Below are positions 14,834-17,688 of a stretch of 17,688 bases of DNA, piece after piece. The position numbers and the translations under genes were made by a program. The DNA is from an uncultured archaeon. Lineage in GTDB: Archaea > Iainarchaeota > Iainarchaeia > Iainarchaeales > CSSED10-239. The notes below the pieces were generated by a model. It saw nothing but the letters and a program-made list of their open reading frames with translations, had not been told where the DNA came from and ran no database searches. The stretch covers positions 1 through 17,688 of the forward strand of contig CAZQEL010000018.1 in assembly GCA_964591795.1 (NCBI GenBank), read 5' to 3'. Within the stretch, counting starts at the first letter, position 1, and the number at the start of each line of letters is the position of its first letter.

Positions 14834-15328
14834 ATGAAAAGGAATCAAAAAGCCTTTGCATCTATAATAATCCTTTTATTTATACTCTTTTTTTTATTTA
14901 TAACTATTAACAACAAAAACCAAAATATAACGGATTTTATAATTATTAAGCAAGTAAACACCCAAAAAGAAACAACCTACTTAAATTTTGAAACAATTTT
15001 AAATAACACACTTAATGGCTGTGAAGATAATGTAGTTTTAATCAAAGAAAACATTTTAAAAAACAGTTACGATTATACTAATAAAAATAACTTTTTCATA
15101 CAAAACACAGTTACAAAAAAAATAAATAAAATTAATCTCACATCTTTTAATAAAATTATCAAAGTAATTGTGTATAAGCCAACAAAGAACATTATCATAA
15201 AAGAAATTCATTTAACCAATGGAATTTTAAGAAACCAAAAATTAGGTTTCAATATTACATCTAGAAGATATTCAGAAATTTTTTTATTTCCAGAAAATTA
15301 TTTTTTAAGAAAGGTGATTTTTTGTTAA
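14834..15328 (+). CDS. Putative pilin-like or membrane-anchored protein (164 aa)
   Basis: MKRNQKA|FASIIILLFILFFLFITI has a basic n-region, a small residue, and then a hydrophobic helix. It lacks the acidic +5 residue, so the class III assignment is weaker. It is the first of four overlapping genes. Confidence 0.5.
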   Translation: MKRNQKAFASIIILLFILFFLFITINNKNQNITDFIIIKQVNTQKETTYLNFETILNNTLNGCEDNVVLIKENILKNSYDYTNKNNFFIQNTVTKKINKINLTSFNKIIKVIVYKPTKNIIIKEIHLTNGILRNQKLGFNITSRRYSEIFLFPENYFLRKVIFC

Positions 15329-15564
15329 TTAAAAATAAAGGGATAATATCTTTAGAATTTTTACTATCATTACTAATTATTCTTTTAACATTAACTATAC
15401 TGATAACTGTAAATGTTTATTTTAAAGAAAAAATTACAAATACAAATAACGAAGAAACAAACTTAGAACTATGCATTTTAAAAAATCAAATAATTGAAAT
15501 AAATAATGGAGAATTAAAACAAAATGATTGTAAAACAATCAAAAGCACAAATAATGATTCTTGA
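15322..15564 (+). CDS. Class III signal peptide protein (pilin-like, 80 aa)
   Basis: A TTG start is preceded by AAGGTGA (15311-15317). MLIKNKG|IISLEFLLSLLIILLTLTILI has Gly at -1 and Glu at +5. It overlaps the upstream gene by 7 nt. Confidence 0.6.
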   Translation: MLIKNKGIISLEFLLSLLIILLTLTILITVNVYFKEKITNTNNEETNLELCILKNQIIEINNGELKQNDCKTIKSTNNDS

Positions 15565-15928
15565 TGCTTTAATGTTTATAATTTTAGTTTTATTAGTAAT
15601 AATAATTCAAACAAACATAATTATCAATTATCAAAATAATAACAATTATTTAGAACAAAAAACTAATTTTTTAAAAAATGACTATTTAATTGACATTTAT
15701 ATTTTAGATTGTAATTTTTTAGGTTATTTTAACCCCCAAACACAAAAATGCAGTTCCAATGTTATTGAAATAAAAAATATTAATAAACTACCAACTAATT
15801 TTTGTAAAATTAGTATAGATAACAAACAAATATTAAATAAAAATAAAAATATTATTGAAACACATACAAGAGGAGTTGTTTATAACAGTACTTTTTCTAT
15901 ACTAGAGGTAGCTTTTTGTGAAACCTAA
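15524..15928 (+). CDS. Class III signal peptide protein (pilin-like, 134 aa)
   Basis: MIVKQSKA|QIMILDALMFIILVLLVII has Gln at +1 and Asp at +6. It overlaps the upstream gene by 41 nt. The later in-frame ATG would remove the charged n-region, so the upstream start is preferred. Confidence 0.6.
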   Translation: MIVKQSKAQIMILDALMFIILVLLVIIIQTNIIINYQNNNNYLEQKTNFLKNDYLIDIYILDCNFLGYFNPQTQKCSSNVIEIKNINKLPTNFCKISIDNKQILNKNKNIIETHTRGVVYNSTFSILEVAFCET

Positions 15929-16283
15929 AGGAATTGTGTTTACAATAGATGCAATATTAGCACTAACCTTTATTGCTGTACTTGGTTTAGTGCTGTTTGT
16001 ACCAATAACTGAAGATACAAATAAAATTGAAAAAGTTATAATTAACAACAAAATATCAGATCTTTTACTAACCACCCAAACCTTACAAATAGATCAAGTT
16101 CAGGAACTGAAAAATAACTACTTAAAATTATTTTCAACAAGAAAAGGATATATAAAAATTAATAATCAAAAAACAGAAATAAACTACCTAAATTCAAATA
16201 AGTACAAATTAATTACCCAAAACATAAGATATATTAATAGTTCTAATAAAGAAATATATATAGAAATAGGAGTGTACTATTAA
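15918..16283 (+). CDS. Class III signal peptide protein (pilin-like, 121 aa)
   Basis: A GTG start is preceded by AGAGGT. MKPKG|IVFTIDAILALTFIAVLGLVLF has Gly at -1 and Asp at +6. It overlaps the upstream gene by 11 nt. Confidence 0.6.
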   Translation: MKPKGIVFTIDAILALTFIAVLGLVLFVPITEDTNKIEKVIINNKISDLLLTTQTLQIDQVQELKNNYLKLFSTRKGYIKINNQKTEINYLNSNKYKLITQNIRYINSSNKEIYIEIGVYY

Positions 16284-17014
16284 TGTTTTATATAATTGGA
16301 ATTGGACTTACTTCCTCACAAATAACCCTTGATGCTAAAAATGCAATTAAAGATTCTAATGAAGTATATATTGATAATTATACAAATATTCTTTCAAAAG
16401 GCGATATTGAAGAACTTGAAAAAAAATTAAATAAAAAAATTACACAACTAAACAGAATTGAACTAGAACAAGAAAAAATATACCTAAAAGATAAATCTGC
16501 TCTTTTAGTTATTGGAAATCCTTTTTCAGCAACAACACATTACTCTTTATTAGAAGAACTTAATTTAAAAAAAATAAAATATCAAATAATTGCAGGAATT
16601 TCAATTTTTAATTATAGAGGATCATTTGGATTATATGAATATAAGTTTGGCAAAACAGTATCTATTGTTTATCCTGAAAAAAATTATTTTCCTACAAGCT
16701 TTTATAACCTAATACTTAATAATTTAAAAATAAATGCCCACACTTTATGCCTACTTGATATTAAAGTTTTAGAAAATAGATTTATGAGTGTTAAAGAAGC
16801 TTGTGAAATTTTAGATAAAATAGATAAACAAAAAATACTTGAAAATAAAATTTGTGCACTGTTATCAAAAATGGGTGCAAAAGATAAAAAAATTATTGTA
16901 TTTAAATTTAAAGATTATAAAAAATTAAACTACGAACAAAAACCTCAAAGTCTAGTTATATGCGCAAACTTAAACGAATTTGAAAATATGAGTATTAATG
17001 AATACAAAATTTAA
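16283..17014 (+). CDS. dphB: Diphthine synthase (Dph5/DphB, tetrapyrrole-methylase fold)
   Basis: MFYIIGIGL, LLVIGNPFSATTH, FGLYEYKFGKTVSIVYP and AHTLCLLDIK match conserved diphthine synthase blocks. AGGAG lies upstream. It overlaps the preceding pilin-like gene by 1 nt. Confidence 0.88.
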   Translation: MFYIIGIGLTSSQITLDAKNAIKDSNEVYIDNYTNILSKGDIEELEKKLNKKITQLNRIELEQEKIYLKDKSALLVIGNPFSATTHYSLLEELNLKKIKYQIIAGISIFNYRGSFGLYEYKFGKTVSIVYPEKNYFPTSFYNLILNNLKINAHTLCLLDIKVLENRFMSVKEACEILDKIDKQKILENKICALLSKMGAKDKKIIVFKFKDYKKLNYEQKPQSLVICANLNEFENMSINEYKI

Positions 17015-17531
17015 AAAAATCATTATTTGGGATATAGGAGGAGTAATTTCACTTGCAAAAAACCCAAAAGAAAGAAATAAAAAAAATATAACTAATTCAA
17101 TTAATGCATTATGGGGAAAAATAAAATTTATTAATACTGATGATAAAGAAATTTACCTAAAATTTAAAGAAATTTATTTTAAATCATCAAGAGGTAAAAT
17201 TAATAAACAAGAAACAATTAAAAAATTATCAAATATATTTAAATTAAATCAAAAAGAAACAAAAAAACATCTTACTAATATTATTGAAAAAAATGTTGTT
17301 GAAAATAAAAGATTAATTAATTTAATTTTAAAATTAAAAAAGAAAAAATATAAACATGGAATATTATCAACTCAATGGAATATTACAAAAGATATTGTAA
17401 TACCAAAAAAATATAATAAAATATTTAATAAACAAGTAATTTCCAATATTGATAAAATAACAAAACCAGATTTAAAAGCATATAAACTAATATGTAAAAA
17501 AATGAAAACAACTTTAAAAAATGTGATTTTT
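16998..17531 (+). CDS. HAD-superfamily hydrolase (subfamily IA-like), apparently truncated before motif IV; possible pseudogene
   Basis: This is my own translation, because the frame has no stop in the window. MNTKFKKIIIWDIGGVIS supplies motif I (DxGGV), HGILSTQ supplies motif II (S/T), and ITKPD supplies the motif III Lys. After ...TLKNVIF, where the DD motif is expected, the frame reads MSVTNFFWISSHTFYGKRNCSC..., which looks like antisense of the convergent gene. Confidence 0.5.
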
Positions 17532-17688
17532 ATGTCGGTCACAAATTTCTTTTGGATCAGTTCCCATACCTTCTATGGTAAAAGGAACTGTTCTTGTACA
17601 AATATTTCGATCAAGTTTACAAGTGCCTTGCACTATTATTTTTTTTGTATCTTCAAAAACACCATCTGTTTCATTAAGAGTTATATCT
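17514..17688 (-). CDS. C-terminal 57 codons of an unidentified protein; the 5' part lies beyond the window
   Basis: Minus-strand translation gives ...DITLNETDGVFEDTKKIIVQGTCKLDRNICTRTVPFTIEGMGTDPKEICDRHKNHIF, with the stop at the complement of 17514-17516. The amino-acid composition is balanced, and G+C is noticeably higher than in the neighbouring DNA. I could not assign a family. Confidence 0.45.
   Translation of the reverse strand, partial: DITLNETDGVFEDTKKIIVQGTCKLDRNICTRTVPFTIEGMGTDPKEICDRHKNHIF

Noticed and set aside
1-17688. Search for CRISPR arrays, tRNA or rRNA genes, transposases, integrases and terminal inverted repeats
   Set aside because: I saw no regularly spaced direct repeats. 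There are no GC-rich structured-RNA-sized islands in this AT-rich background and no ORFs with recombinase or transposase motifs. The window looks like core chromosome rather than a mobile or defence island.

Overview
Very AT-rich, densely coding archaeal chromosomal window. The gene content and small protein sizes suggest a reduced, DPANN-like genome, but that is inference only. Positions 1-10102 are all minus-strand housekeeping genes: aRF1 (partial), a membrane-anchored orphan, a Gpt-like phosphoribosyltransferase, HerA, a PAC2-family protein, aIF2-alpha, a basic orphan, GINS51, primase PriS and Rad50. After a 339-nt divergent AT-rich spacer, the plus strand carries two class III signal peptide (type IV pilin-like) genes coupled to a small HExxH polytopic membrane protein. 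PCNA follows, then a 469-nt, roughly 15% G+C non-coding region and a Lys-rich orphan. Orc1/Cdc6 lies on the minus strand. Its upstream spacer holds an isolated GC-rich dyad and an unlisted 56-codon ORF. Next come four overlapping pilin-like genes, diphthine synthase, and a HAD hydrolase gene that appears cut off where it meets the 3' end of a convergent gene. I found no tRNA, rRNA, CRISPR array, transposase or integrase. The points most worth follow-up are the pilin plus HExxH membrane protein operon, the replication-gene island with candidate origin DNA, Rad50 and HerA uncoupled from Mre11 and NurA, and the junction near 17531. None of these is demonstrably a new system from sequence alone.
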